Below are positions 1-13,548 of a DNA stretch of 64,000 bases, one piece after another. The number at the start of each line of letters is the position of its first letter. Within the stretch, counting starts at the first letter, position 1. The stretch is from Botryllus schlosseri (lineage: Eukaryota). The translations under genes were made by a program, and so were the position numbers. The stretch spans positions 3,288,001-3,352,000 of the forward strand of contig CM119372.1 of assembly GCA_051294905.1 (NCBI GenBank), in the 5' to 3' direction. The notes below the pieces were generated by a model. That model was not told the DNA's origin. It saw only the letters and a program-made list of their open reading frames with translations, and did not search any database.

Positions 1-22
1 AACAAAGGGGTTGAAACCTCAC

Positions 23-174
23 CACAAAGCCTCTTTTCTCCTGCGATATTCGTAATCACTATATTCAAGAGATGTGTCACTGGATAGAAATGACCGGGGC
101 GGAGTTGATATGTCTACTAAAAAGATCGTACTTTTTGTTGATGGAGATAGCGTAGTGGTGCGCGTCGGCGCCAT
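23..174 (-). CDS. Possible first coding exon of a gene running off the left edge
   Basis: ATGGCG at 174, open for 50 codons (MAPTRTTTLSPSTK...YEYRRRKEAL), then TG|GTGAGG donor-like site; no recognisable domain. Confidence 0.2.
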
Positions 175-1086
175 CCAAGCAGGCCGCCCGGTATCGATTC
201 CAGACAGGCCGCCCGGGATCGATTCCGGACGTCGGACGCTATTCTGGGCTTCTCTTCTCCCGTGTGGTTGTTCTTACGGCGTCAAAAAAGCCCAGAAAAA
301 AGCCCAGAAAAAAAGCCCGATACGGAAATAGATAGAGCAAGAAATAGCTTCTAAAGAAAGAAAAACATCGCCAGTTCAGTTGATCGTTCGGCATCCCCCT
401 ATCTGTCCGTTACATCGCATTGTGTGTCTTGTAAATTGCGTGTGTATGCGTCTTGGGCAGATTAAAATATAATCTGTCGATTGATTGATGTCGGGATCAT
501 ACCCATAGAGGTGTAGTTGGAAGCGTTAGACGTTAGTATTCAATTCACCCCCCCCCCCCCATCCGTCTATGTTTGTGGAAATGGATTTTCGGCTAGCGGT
601 AATATCAATTCAAGACACATAACCACGTATTTCAAGAAATGAAGCTGCAGCATTCGCTTCGAAATAACAGAGGTCTACACAATTGCTACCTAAAGTATGA
701 TGATATTTCCGTGTTTACCACTAGCATGCAGGAAATACTATGATAATTGAGCTAAACTTGAACTAAATTTATTTCGGGGGTCCGCAAGGGTCCGTGGGGT
801 CCGCGAAGAAAAAAAGATTGAGAACCACTGGCCTACGAGCTAGCGGTATAATACGCCAAGCTTGATATGACGATGCGACCGGAAGCAATGATCTACATCT
901 TGGTAAAATTAGTTATGGAGTTAGTTTGCGGTTCATTTAGGGCCTCTTATTTAGGCTTAGCATTGCTGGACTGCTCAGTGAATCTTCGAACTACATCGTA
1001 ATATTTTGGCATCATTTGACCGAATTGTCACTTAGCTTGTGTCAGGTGTCGCTAACTCATTACGCGGAAAGATCGCTCAACCTGCC

Positions 1087-1379
1087 CTTGTTGTTGTTGT
1101 TTGTGGTATTCATGGTGTTTGTCGACTACATCCTATGGTAATTTACACCAAGCACCTTTTTCATTTTCTTTGCGTAGCTGCCGACTTTATAGTACGGTCC
1201 ACTTCTAGGCTTTTATAAGACACCGCTTACACGGATGAGATGGAGAGACCGATGAGGAGGAGCCTATAGATAAACCTCTGAAACTTAGGTAGGAACTCTG
1301 GAGTCGACCTCGGTCGGACTCGAACCCGAAACCCATTGGTGTTGCAGCTGTAGATGATAGCATTACGATATTTCGCCCC
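1087..1379 (-). mobile_element. tRNA-derived SINE, near full length
   Basis: Minus strand has B-box GGTTCGAGTCC, body shared with copies at 40797 and 62547, 3' end GTCGACAAACACCATGAATACC plus (CAA)n tail; imperfect TSD CTCAACCtgCC/CTCAACCaaCC. Confidence 0.75.
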
Positions 1380-4300
1380 CTCAACCAACCGACCAACCTC
1401 TTCTAGCAGGCCTTATTTGCAACAAAATTCTCTATGGATGTCGTGATGCCGTGAATGATAGCAAGTCGGAACTTACATAATTGTAATCAGCAATGTTATA
1501 GGATTACTGCAAAATTCTGATATTACGCGAAAGTTTTCACTGGGTGGAACCTACCAAGGTGCTTTGGCGAACGCGAACCTCTAAATTATCGAAATACTCA
1601 TACTGGCCACGAACCATACGTCCGAAACGTTTTTATTACAGACCCCTCAATGCATAATGGATAATGTTAAATCTGTGTTAATATCCCAGTGGATAAGGGC
1701 GCGCAGATCCACATCTCTTTCTGTTACATCAGATCATGCCGGTCCGAATTCAATTCTAATAAAGTTATTTGTACATTATGTATAAATGCATACCCGTATA
1801 TGCAATCTGCATTTATAAATCGACCTAAAAATCGGTTACTTTTTCTCAAGTTTAGTATTTCATCGCTCTTACGTAGGTCCGTACATTCAAAGCGATTATA
1901 TTACATTGAAATATTGAGCATACGACCTTTATTTATTCATGTTTTGACGAATAAATACTGTTTTTATTCGCCGAATACATATAATCAGTATGTTCATGAA
2001 TATGCAACTGACTTAGTATATAATTATTTACTGTGGACACAAGAGAAAATCATTGAAGTCTTCTGCAACAGCAATATAGGGGGATTAGGCAAATCGTTTG
2101 CATATAATATCAAAAACATCTGCACTATACTAAGTTGCAATGCATTCAGAGTGCTTTAAATTTTGACAATTAGCTGTGCAGGATATTTAAATTTCTCAGT
2201 GCATCTACAGATGGCGGGTATGGATATATACTCGGACAGTACGGATTTGGCGTATGCAGGCCCTATACTGTAAAAAAGCAGGAGGCAGGCATGCAAAACC
2301 ATTTCATTTAGTGTGGAATAGTGATGTTTGGCACAGAGGAATAGCTTGTTTTGAAACAATAACAATATTATGAAACGGGGCTCAATTTCAGCATTTCTTC
2401 CGAAATCTCAAATAAGATCGCGGGCCGCAAAATATGAGCTTGCGGGATACGTGTCGGTGAAACCTCGTCTAGATATATGTATAAAAGCTGTATACAGCTA
2501 CCAAAACTATCGTGTTTGTAACAGTGACTCTTACTCTTTTTCAGATGACGCCTTTCTAGTCTGACCGTACTTTTTCAGCTCATCCCCCCCCAAAAAAAAG
2601 CCCAAACATCATCAGTGGTTCTTATAACCAGGGAGACGCAAGGAGACGCGGACCTGCTTCAATTTTACAGGAATTTCAATTCGCGCACCCATCGCACTTG
2701 CATATGTAGGTGCGCGCCTAATTCATGACATCTCATATTGACGGCGAAATGTCCGCAGCTATGTCATCCTTACCTCTTTAGTAGTATATAGCTGTTACAT
2801 TAATCTTTGCTTTTTATCACTAGTCAATAACGAAATTGCATTCCACACCAGCGTTTGGCTAAGCTTAAATACAATAAGTGTATATACAATAAGTAGTGTG
2901 AAATACCTGCATGAGATCTGCCTACCTAACATAAATGCAAGTATATACAAGTCGGGATTTTAGCATCATGATGAATGTGACACATTCAAAAATTAATACA
3001 AATACTTATAACTCACAAACACTGCGCCGATATACAGTCCGATGGTAACAACGCTTCCGGATTTTAGTGTAGTATGAGAAAATTATCAACAACGATCACC
3101 CACAAATAACTATAGCTATAACTATAGGCCTATATAGTGGTGCATGTCTGGCATCTATCGGATTTATCATCCAATGATGATTCCTTGTTTAAAATAAAGG
3201 TGCATTCATGTGGTGCAATTTGCGTAGGCTGCATATCTAAATGTGTTAAGATTTGCCAACACCAATCCCTTCACCAAACGTACGTTTCAAGTGCATACTT
3301 ACGGACTCGCAAGCAACTTCGCGCCAGCTCCCAGAAGTCCCGCGACTGCGAAACCATTGACGACGTCGTAAGTATTAGGGATGGTGTGAACGTTAGGTTC
3401 ACGTTCGCGTTCTGTGTGTGAACCTCGGAAATTTAGAGGTTCACGTTCACAGACGAACCTTGGTAGGTTCTGCACTGTGAACCTTTTTCATATATTACGA
3501 TTTTCGCTTCATTATAACATCTGTGGTAGAAATTTATTGCATTTAAACTGCGAGCCACTCTGTGCATGTCGCTGGCAGCATAAAAAAAATCAACACTGAA
3601 TGAACATGCACTGACTCTGCTGCGAGCTTGACCCGCTATTACACAATATCATGAGCGAAATACACTACATATAGTTAGTCAGCGAATGATGTTATTCAAC
3701 CAATCAATGAAAGTGACATCGATGCCAGGCGTACGGGAACAATCTTGATTTCATGTTTATCGTATCATAAAAACCAAATCCGTGCGATTGGGGTGTTGGC
3801 TACTGCAGTGATAACGCTGTGATCACTCGCCCATGATATTTCACTATGTCTCGAATAAGAAACTACTTCTCGTTCTGATTACTCGAGAGTCGAGACTTCT
3901 ATATAAGTGTAGGTAACACGCGTTAGAGATTACTTTTGATTATGAGACTCTATACGCAAACTACTGTATAACGTTCTGAATAAACCATTGTATTGAGTAT
4001 ATATCTGTTACGAAGAACTTCACCAAAGGAACAGCTTCTCGAGTTAAGTATTCAAGTATAGCCGAAATCCCAAGATATTTGGTTAGCTACGCTTCTAATA
4101 CAGATCACCAGAGACAATAAGCTCTAAATCCTGCACTACATATGTTAAAGGGGTGATATCGGTAGCAGTACAGAAACCCGTTTTACACTCTGTTCAATAT
4201 CAACGTAGCAATTCTCAGACGCTGAATACATTGTCCGGTCTGACCTAGACCATCAAGGCGTAAGCTTACTTACATTCCCTTACAAGTCCCATCGAAATTG

Positions 4301-4450
4301 TTAGCAAAGCGGCTGAAGATATTGATTTTATGGGATTATTACATCATTCGATTTCACCAGTTGGTACATTTGGCAACGTTTAAATCGTCAATATGTACTT
4401 CACCATTGCGGCCTTATGTGACCCGAGCCGTCGCTAGGTATCGTGTACAC

Positions 4451-6455
4451 CAGTGGTTCCCAACCTTTTTCGATGGCAGGGCCAAATTTGGAATTTCAGA
4501 GTACGGTCGGGGCCGCACGAATACCAGGGCAATGAAAGGAACCCAAGATAGTCACCAAAATATGAAAATTGGCATTGTTCCGATCATTCGCTTGACGCCA
4601 TTGGCTATTGTGTTGTCGCGCTCCCGTTGTTCAGAACAATCAACCTTTGCTGGCTATTTCGGAGTAGTTTTATTGCCCTGGCGAGATTTCAATTCATATT
4701 TTTGCAATCAGTGCGACACTTGCTTTCGATAAACACCGACATATCAATAAATTATTCGGACGCTTGGGTCGCGAGCTATAGGACTACCAATTATGCTTCT
4801 TTTTGCCGGCTAATCAGTACGTATCTAGGCGTATTCAATCGTAAGTCACTTGTTGAACATCTATCCGTAAATTAGTTATCAATACCCAGAGCCGTAACAG
4901 CACTTCGTCAGCCCCCCCAAACGTTGCTCTTGGGCCCCCCATAGGGTGATAAACCGAACTTCGAAACCCCCCAGCCCCCCTCAGGCTAGATGGCTGTTTA
5001 CCGCTATTTATCATCTAAATCGGGTGTCCGTTTTGGGCAGCTTCTCTCGACTGTTCGCGCGAAGCGCGAAATTCTTTTATAATTCATGATTGAATCGGTC
5101 AATATAATCGGCAATTGCATATATATTGGTATCAATTTTTATCCTCTCTCTGCTCACGTAATCAGATTGACCGGTTGAGCCGAGTACTCACGTGAGTTGT
5201 GTTTGAATAGATAAGACCACTCAATAATAATTAAACATCTTCGGGCGTATATCCGTTGGCAGGAACGAAACAGCACTTCGTCAGGCCCCCCAAAACACTT
5301 AGGTCTTTAGCTCCCATAGGGTGATAAACCGACCCCCCGTCCCGTTGTTCGCTTCTGCCACGAAATCAGGATCACCGTTTAGTGAGCCAGCGTGGAGTGC
5401 GAAAATTTTCGATAATTCAAAATAAAATAGGTCAATAAGATCGGGAATTACATATATATTGCTATCAATTACTTGTCCTCTCTGCTCACGTAATCAGATT
5501 TACCGGCAGAGCTGAGTGAGGTGTCTTGGAAACTGTAGGGCCCGTAAATAATAATTAAAGATATTCGGACGGGCGGACCCGTTGGTACGACTTCGTTACA
5601 TGATGTTATTTCGTGACCTCCAGTCTGCTATATCAAAAAATATAGAATGGCCCAAACGTACTAAACTAAAAGATGCACACGATTTCAAATTGGTAGTTCT
5701 TCACTGGCATATAATTCTTCCCTACGGGATGGACCCTATTTGTCTCGTGAGGTTCAGATTGCCAAGACAGGAACATTCGGCGCCAGACATTTAGGCGCCT
5801 ATGGTCAATTATAGGCCACCTATATGTATTTTGTATATACATAACGAAGTTTTCGGTCAGTTCGCCCAATGTTTTCTCGCTGCCGATCGTTCTGGCACAC
5901 TTCTTGGAGTCGCATGTTACATGGCGTAAAACTTTATATGTCTTAGTACGTCGTGGCGCGGTAATGGTCGACGCCGATATGCCCATTTCTATAGATCTTG
6001 CGTATTCTATCTTGCTGGAAGGGTAGCCAATAATTAAGGTATTTTGAGATTTGAAATCGCACGCAGCGCGGAAAATTTTTGAAAAAGTTGCATAAAACTT
6101 CATAAAATACTCTATAATTTATGCTAGTTCACTAAATAATTTTGGGCACCCTTCGAGCTCGCTCCCCCCAATTGGGGTGCGGCAGTTACGGTCCTGTCAA
6201 TACCTATAGGTAGGTAGGCCTACTGCTCGTTCAACAGGAAAGTTAGCGCACATTACATTGAAACAGCAGCGCACATTACATTGAAACAGCAGTGACGTAA
6301 TCTCAGCAGTCTACTCACAACTTTCCTGCAATCCTAATTGAAAACTCCAGACTCCAAGCCAAGCAAAAGTCGATTTCTCAATATTTTTGTGGGGGCCGCA
6401 AGAAGGCTAGCTGGGGGCCGCATGCGGCCCTCAGGGCCGCGGTTGGGAATCACTG
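4451..6455 (+). mobile_element. hAT/Buster-type non-autonomous element nested in family A
   Basis: TIRs CAGTGGTTCCCAACC...GGTTGGGAATCACTG; exact 8-bp TSD GTGTACAC. Confidence 0.9.
4887..6196. mobile_element. hAT-type element family E, third nesting level
   Basis: Ends CAGAGCCGTAAC...GTTACGGTCCTG; exact TSD TCAATACC; internal diverged ~370-bp duplication (4896/5269); related sequence at 31556-31982 and 46690-46870. Confidence 0.85.
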
Positions 6456-6792
6456 GTGTACACTGTACAATTGTACATTAATACAGGCTATCACTTCACT
6501 GAAATGTAGGGTTGGAATTAGCAATATGACGTCACGTGACATCATGAGGTTCACGTTCGCGTTCACACAGAACCTTTCAAAAAGGTTCGCGTTCACACGA
6601 ACCTGAACCTTTCAGAGGTTCACACCATCCCTATTAACGATACGTCACTGCGTTGGCGATGAAGCACTACCCTTGTTCCTCGGCTACAGACGACGTAATC
6701 GCCTTGCTAAATCTGGGAAAAATCATGTTCATCGATCTATCACACATCGACTGCGGGTAACTGGATAGTATATTGTTCAGTGACTGCAAAAA

Positions 6793-8976
6793 TCAAAAAC
6801 GTTTTTGCCCTGATCGAGCATACGCAAACGGAATCAATACTAGCAACGCTATTACAGTCGCCGCAATGAAGACCACCACGACAACATTGATCACGCCCAC
6901 TCCAGGAGACTTCTCTTCCTCAGTAGCTCCACGGGGCATAGTCGCCGCAATGCGCGTGATCACATCGTCCAGATATTCATCCATACCGTTAATAGTAATT
7001 TGCCCCGAGCCATCGGAACCATTGAACACGAAAATTGGTCCGATCCAGGCCACGGGGGGTGCGCTACGTCTTACACGCGAAGATCGGCATCTTACGTTGT
7101 CGGCGGCAGGGGAGCATACCTGAGAATGTGAAATGTAATACGCAGATATCCGGACGAAGAGAAATTATTACGCTACCCACCTCTACATCGTCACTGGCAC
7201 AGGACATCAACTCCGCGTGAATGTAGAATTCCGTGCATTGCAACGTACGTGGCGTTTGAAAGGAGACGCAGGCGATGTCCGATGTAAAGGACGAACGAAT
7301 TTTCGACAGTAAGCCCGACTGAGCGGTGCATCCATCAACGACTATGTCAAGTACACTGCGGCTTGATTCGTCACCGGAACAAGACAAGTACATTTGAGTG
7401 ATTCCGGTGTTCATGGCCCCGGACTAAAACATGAGAAAGGATAAGAAAATGATGGTGCCACAAGTCCAGCCTATCACTTACGTCCAGCGACATGGTAACA
7501 TGTATCAATTCACCCACAGTATAAGAGGCTCCTCCGCTAACCTTGTATATGTCCGGGCAACTACCAGGGCAAGTAGGGACCTTGCACAAGGAAATAGTTG
7601 GGAAGATATCCGTCTTTGAAACCACCAAGCCTGGATTGCTGACTCTGCAATATAACCGGGAAACATGATAGAGATATATCGATTGAAGGTACAAGGACAC
7701 GAAAAAAAAGTAAATCTTTTACACTGGTTGAATCGATGTAACGAGCTCGTACACGCGACTGTACGTGCACTGAAACTCGACGGCGGGGATTGGCATGTCG
7801 AACATAGCGCTGCCAAGTTCTCGATTGAACCACATTTGGTTTGTGAATACGACGCCCTCTTCAGTTCGTCGCGACGTGGTGTTGCAGGCCGAGAACGGCA
7901 GGGGAATCGTCATCTCATACGCGCCGTTTGTTGGGAAATATACTGTTGAAAACTTCTTCGTTAAAATAAATGCATGATCATAATTAGATTCAGTTACATT
8001 TGCACGCCGAACGAGTGTGTTCATGGAGGCTGGGTGCTACCGATATGTAGCTATTCTTCATGCCCAGGTCGTATTCGTCGACGAAGTTTTCGGAGACGCT
8101 CAACACAATTTTGTCAGATTCGCACCGCAATACAGGAACAGCTTGATCGTAGCCACAAACATCAGTAAGCATCGCCAACTAGAAAACAGCAAACGCCCAG
8201 GTACTCACGAACAGCGCAGTTCTTTCCCAGGTAACCGGTATCACTACGGCAGTAATAGCCACCAGCGTGCTTACACGACTCGTAGCAGGAACAATCACCA
8301 ACGCAGGGATTCGGGCTGCATGCGGATGGTGTCAAATCTAAATGGTAAGCGGGAGTTAGCATTCCCCCCGCCCATATACTGTCGACTATATGCTTCTTAC
8401 CTGCAAGACAGTTCGAACAATCGACTCCCCCGCAGCCGTCCGGGCATATACATTGGTAGCTGGATTCCGATATTGTAATGCATATTTGGTTTTCATGAGT
8501 ACAAGGTCGCGTATCGCAAACGTTTCGGATCCGCCTAGCGTCTGTGACGATATGAAGCGTAAAGCTTACGTAATACACCATTTTCATGGACATCAATCCT
8601 CTCACCTTGCAGGCAGTTGGAACAGTTGGCGCCTTGACAATCCGGGTGGCAGACACACTCGTAGTCAGTGTGGGATAACGCATTACATACGTGGTTCACG
8701 TTCGGACAAGGCCGAGCATTGCAACTGGCATTACCACATTCACTAGAGCACACACAGCGGTAGTCTGTCTCAGATAAGGGATGGCATTGTTGGTTACCAT
8801 CGACGCACGGCCCAGTATCGCAAACGTTCGGTATTTTCTCGTCGGTAGCACCAGCCACGGCCAGAACGCAGCTCAAAGCGAGGAACCTGAATACACGTCT
8901 ATTGTATAGTCACATTTAGCGTTAACTCTGAAACGTCTTCCAGCTATACTCACGTAAAGTAACATGTCAAAACCAT
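6793..8976 (-). CDS. EGF-repeat + zona pellucida (ZP) domain transmembrane protein, 556 aa, vitelline-coat-like
   Basis: Nine phase-consistent GT-AG exons: 8976-8954, 8886-8606, 8541-8401, 8337-8209, 8141-7998, 7942-7723, 7644-7482, 7423-7181, 7119-6793 (1671 nt). Signal peptide MVLTCYFTFLALSCVLAVAGA, four EGF-like modules, ZP-N (CESDKIVLSV..CNT..FTN..VEFQCTY), ZP-C, furin site RVRR, EHP-like WIGPIFV, TM helix, short tail. Confidence 0.92.
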
Positions 8977-9050
8977 TCTTTATCGAACGCAAAACAAATT
9001 CCAACAGAAGCAAAACCCAGATTCTAACTCCAAACCAACTGACAGCTTCA

Positions 9051-9057
9051 TTTTATA
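9051..9057 (-). promoter_or_regulatory. Candidate TATA box of the EGF-ZP gene
   Basis: TATAAAA on the minus strand ~75 nt upstream of the ATG; a second one lies near 9150. Weak evidence in AT-rich DNA. Confidence 0.3.
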
Positions 9058-12000
9058 TTCCCGAGTGATCTCGCGCAGTCTGAAGCGACTGATTGCTTGA
9101 TCACTTCTTATTATCATCTCGGGAAATCCATCAAGTATTTGGATAATTTTATAAGTTAGGTAGGTTTGAGACTGGACAAAAAGCAATTACCCTATGATTA
9201 GGGATATCTAGATACTCCTGCATATATGATCAGGACGGAATACAAGGAACGCATGGCTCTATGAAGTATGCCGGAGAGTGACGTACAGTGAGGTTCATGG
9301 TTGATGAGGCACCGAACGTTATAGTCAGATTTACAAATATATGAACCCAAAATGGTAGCGACTTGTTTCTGATCACGCTTCCCACGCAGTAGGTGTAGGT
9401 AGATGGAAAATACATTACAGACATATCTGTAATTTTTGCAGCTTTTGCAAATTTTCTGCAGCTTCTATGAGAGCTTCCTAAATACTCACAATATATGTAG
9501 TATGACTAGGGAAATTTTATATTGCAAACTTTTGTAACTTTTCCAATTTTTTCATCAAACTTTTTAAGGCAACTTTGATCAAGTATTGCGCAAAATGCCG
9601 ATGATGGATATTAAAAAATGCTGTAAAACTATGTTTAGTATGTTTCCACTTTGATTTGTTTAACAAAGAGCTATGTAAAGGATTATTATCTGCATCTCAA
9701 TGTAATCTATGAGGAGATGGCTTACAAGCCAGAAATTCAACAACCCCAGCCAAGCGCGATATAACTCGAAATATCTCTAAATAGATCGCTTGATTGATTC
9801 GATGTCGTTTAAATTTCGGGTGCTTTCCCCTCTCACGGACGCCAAGGCGAGACCGCCGAAAATTACATTCTCACTGGGTCACCTTATCAGGCTATTGATG
9901 TTGTTGAAGTCGTCAACGCTGCGTTTTACTGCAATGCCTTGGGCAACGTTTGTAGACCTATAGGGGGTTTGGGATATGGTATTTCGCTTGTTTTAAGGAC
10001 TATCGCTGGGTTGTTCGGCTATATTTGTGGAAATTATTTTCTTGTTGCGTGTCGTATATGCTGCGTATGTATTTTGGGCGGTCTCGCCAGGCCGTCCGTG
10101 AAGTAGGGAAGTACCGAATTTGGCATTTCTGCACGCGATGACATCCAAATGCTGTCATGGCGGTTTCAAACCTAAAGAACATGGGAATCTATGCATGATC
10201 GATCGAATAACGAAGAAAGAAACGAAAGCAGCTGATACCCCGCAAATTTAGACTGTTGGGTTATACAACGGAACCTTAAGTAGTGTCTTATACCCCAATA
10301 ATTCAAAAAATATATAAATGCAACTTTTGGTAAAATTGAATGCAACTTTCACATGATTTTTAGTGCAACAAAAACTTACCCTAGTGATGAGTCATGTAGT
10401 CACAAGATGCATATTATTGCATAGGACTCCATATAACGAACTATTACATCGTATTTGCCAGTAGCTACTTTGCCTTCACAAACCACGCCATGATACAGTA
10501 GTCGGATGTCATTGAGAGTTGATTAAATTATGCACAATCGAGCAGAAGAAACCATACGCGTTAATTGATGATTAGGCGACGGGTATGCATTGTTACGATT
10601 GCCCGTTTCATCGATCGGTGAAGAGTGAAGACGTATATCGCATTCGCATCTCGTATCGAGGGCATAATATAACCTATCCAATCCATACTTGAGCAGGGTC
10701 GAGTTAAATTCGCTGTAGTCTATTGAGTCGTGATAACCTTTCAAATTTCATAAGTGACATTATGGCTGGTAACGGAAGCGTGTATTAGCGTTGTGGGTCA
10801 TAGATTTTAGAGGGCATTGTAGTTAGTAAGATAACGCTTAGGAATATTTTGTTCGCGCATGCATTTATAACAGGTGGTAATGTGTCGTGTACCTTTTTGC
10901 GACGACAAAGAAATTCCGTAAGTTCTACATCACATTGAAGATAATTTCTAGTATTTTCGACCATACATCATTCGTAATTAGGATATTGGGATTACGCTGT
11001 TGCGTTTCGACCGAACAATACGATGAAACTTCCAAGGTAAAGCCGTACGTTTCAGAACCGATATTCGGTAGGCAGCAGTAGAAGTCACTCTGATTTCCAA
11101 TAAATAATCATTATCGTGTTTTCGTTTTGCGTTCAAATTATATTTTTTGGTTTATTCTTTTAACACGATGTTGCTGCACAGCTATTTTGTGCACCAGCTA
11201 TCTATAGTAATACATTGGATGTGTATTGAAGGAGATTTCTCGTTTATGGTAGAACTAGGTAAAACTACATCCTTAATTACACAAATGCCACCCGTCACAT
11301 GTAATCGTCCAGAGAGTAAGCGGTTTGTGTGTTTTCTTCTGACCATCACGGCGTTACTGGGAGATGACATTTTGCGCTTGTCAACATACTGTGTTAGTTC
11401 CACTTTAATCACACCTGTGCATTCCGACTACTTTCAATATTCCTTTGTGTCCGAATAATCGCTTTGGATCGTATGTATGCAACGCCATTATTTGTCAGTA
11501 CAAGACTCCGTTATCAGTTATCACTTCGGTTTACACTCGTTTAATGGGAAGCGAGGAAATGTTTTTCGGGCGTCTCGCAACCTTACGGCCAGGAATATAG
11601 AAGTGGAACAAATAATACTATTCTGTGTAAGAATATACGCGTCGTGAATAGTTTATGATGGATAAATTGATTCTGCTCGCAAACGAAATTTGTTTGCAAT
11701 GCACTCTTAATACAACGTGTTTATGTCTATGACTGCATGTCGATCAGTGTAGAAGACTCCAGATAGAGATTATAATACTCTGTGTAGGGTGCTTGTTTAA
11801 ACTATGTTTTTATAATATTTTCAAGTCCTATCAACCTACATATCAAAAATAACATCGAAATTTACAATATTTGGATGATTTGTATGCACGGCATGAGACT
11901 ACTTGAAAATTACATTCCAAACGCGTCACCGCAATCGTTTTTCTGAGATCGCGAGCGCATCAGAAATGCGTCGAGGCTCATTCCGTGCTCTGGTATCTCA

Positions 12001-13548
12001 AATAGGTGTGTATCGTTGGTTTATGTATATGGGCCACACTGTCGAATCTGATAGTAGTCACACCTGGTGACTAACTCGCTATATTTGGTAACAGATTTGG
12101 CAACATTTTAATACTGGGCTGTATTTCACCAGCAGTTAAAATGTCATAAATTAAATCTTCAATTTCAATATTACCAATATAATTTACAAGTGATCAGCGT
12201 TTCTGCAGCATCAGTTCCGGTAGTGCCAAACGAATTTCTTCGCGAACATGCAGATGTGCAACACAGTCGAATCACCTGTCGCCTTTTAAGGAATTAGGGA
12301 ATACCATCGCGCATTGAATCGGGGAAAACAGCTCCTTGAGTAGTGTTGTTTTAAGAACCTCTTTTTTATAAGTTCGTAACCACTCACGTTCGATTTGCTT
12401 TTCATTGTGAGTTATGCTTTGAATTGCCCAACATTTATGTTGGAAATTTCGGTTAGGCTTAGCTTAGAGTACAATAACAGACGCATCTGCGTAGGTGGTC
12501 TAATCACAATAACCACAATTGAAAAAAATTAGCTCACGTCGACCCGTCAGTCAGTATTGAACTATTACATTGCGTCAGACATAAACATGGCCAAGATATA
12601 GCCGAATAAAAATGAAAATCCTACAAAAACATGAATTTCCAAAGATGTTAAATATGAAGATATTACCCTTGAATTGCATACATTTATTTTAACCAAAGTA
12701 AGGGTTAATTTCGATTTTTGAGGTTTCACCTGTCCTCAACATTTGTTTTGAAGTTTTACCGGCCCACCTCTGTCCTAGCTGACTGGAACGACATCTGACC
12801 AATGGTTCTTAAACTTTTTAGTTTGTGGGCCTTGAAATTTCAAAACGAAGTTAGCGGACCGGTTAACTTTCAAAATCAATATTAACCCAAAACGTAATTA
12901 CGACAAATGTTTGTCTCTTGAAGGCACACATTGGATATTTGCTGCTCCCTTTTTGATATGTGCTTTCATTGAACATTCTGCGAGGTGAAGTTCTGCTAAA
13001 ACTTACTATACCTTGATTTCGATTGTTCGGCTTAGTTTGAAAGAACCGTGACCTTGCTGTGCGTTAGATGCTATTGCACTGGCAAATTTCCTTGAATTGT
13101 ACCGTCAAAATATAACGGATTTTGTTCACAAGAGTGTGATAGAAGTCTTGCGGCATTGCGACTTACGCCAAGTCAACAGTGGTCCGTGTAGGCTCTATAT
13201 TGAGACACGATGCAGAAAAATAGGTTCGAAATGAGTATAACATTTGCAATTTGATTTCTATAATTAGCGGAAAACCAGCCAAAGTCTTGCATTTTGCAAT
13301 TGTTGAATAAACTTGTAATGTATAATGACGGACTGGCACTAAAGTTGACACCGAGCGGCAGTTGAGAATCGCTGCTCTATAGACACGCTACATAAGGGTT
13401 TCACTACTTGTAGTCGTGTTACCGTATTATTGATAGGCTACTGTGAAGCAGACTTGGATAACTATATAATTCAAGTTGTCTAATTAGTTAAATTAAAGAA
13501 AAATGAGGGTATTCGAATTCTAATCTAATTTGTGAAATGTTTCTATGC

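Larger units (their letters stand above)
3376..6633 (+). mobile_element. hAT-type MITE family A (TAGGGATGGTGTGAA TIR), expanded by nested insertions
   Basis: TIRs TAGGGATGGTGTGAA...TTCACACCATCCCTA; body matches the ~990-bp copy at 50448-51437. Confidence 0.85.

Noticed and set aside
1689..2159. 156-aa ORF
   Set aside because: Composition typical of translated AT-rich non-coding DNA; no domain or splice partners.
9196..10390. Additional minus-strand gene upstream of the ZP gene
   Set aside because: Splice-like sites exist (near 9428, 9882, 10379) but no unique frame or recognisable protein; 9826-9870 and 10070-10112 are inverted repeats suggesting TE debris.
11023..11036. ATGAAACTTCCAAG|GTAAAG as a first coding exon
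   Set aside because: No phase-compatible open downstream exon found; could be non-coding or chance.
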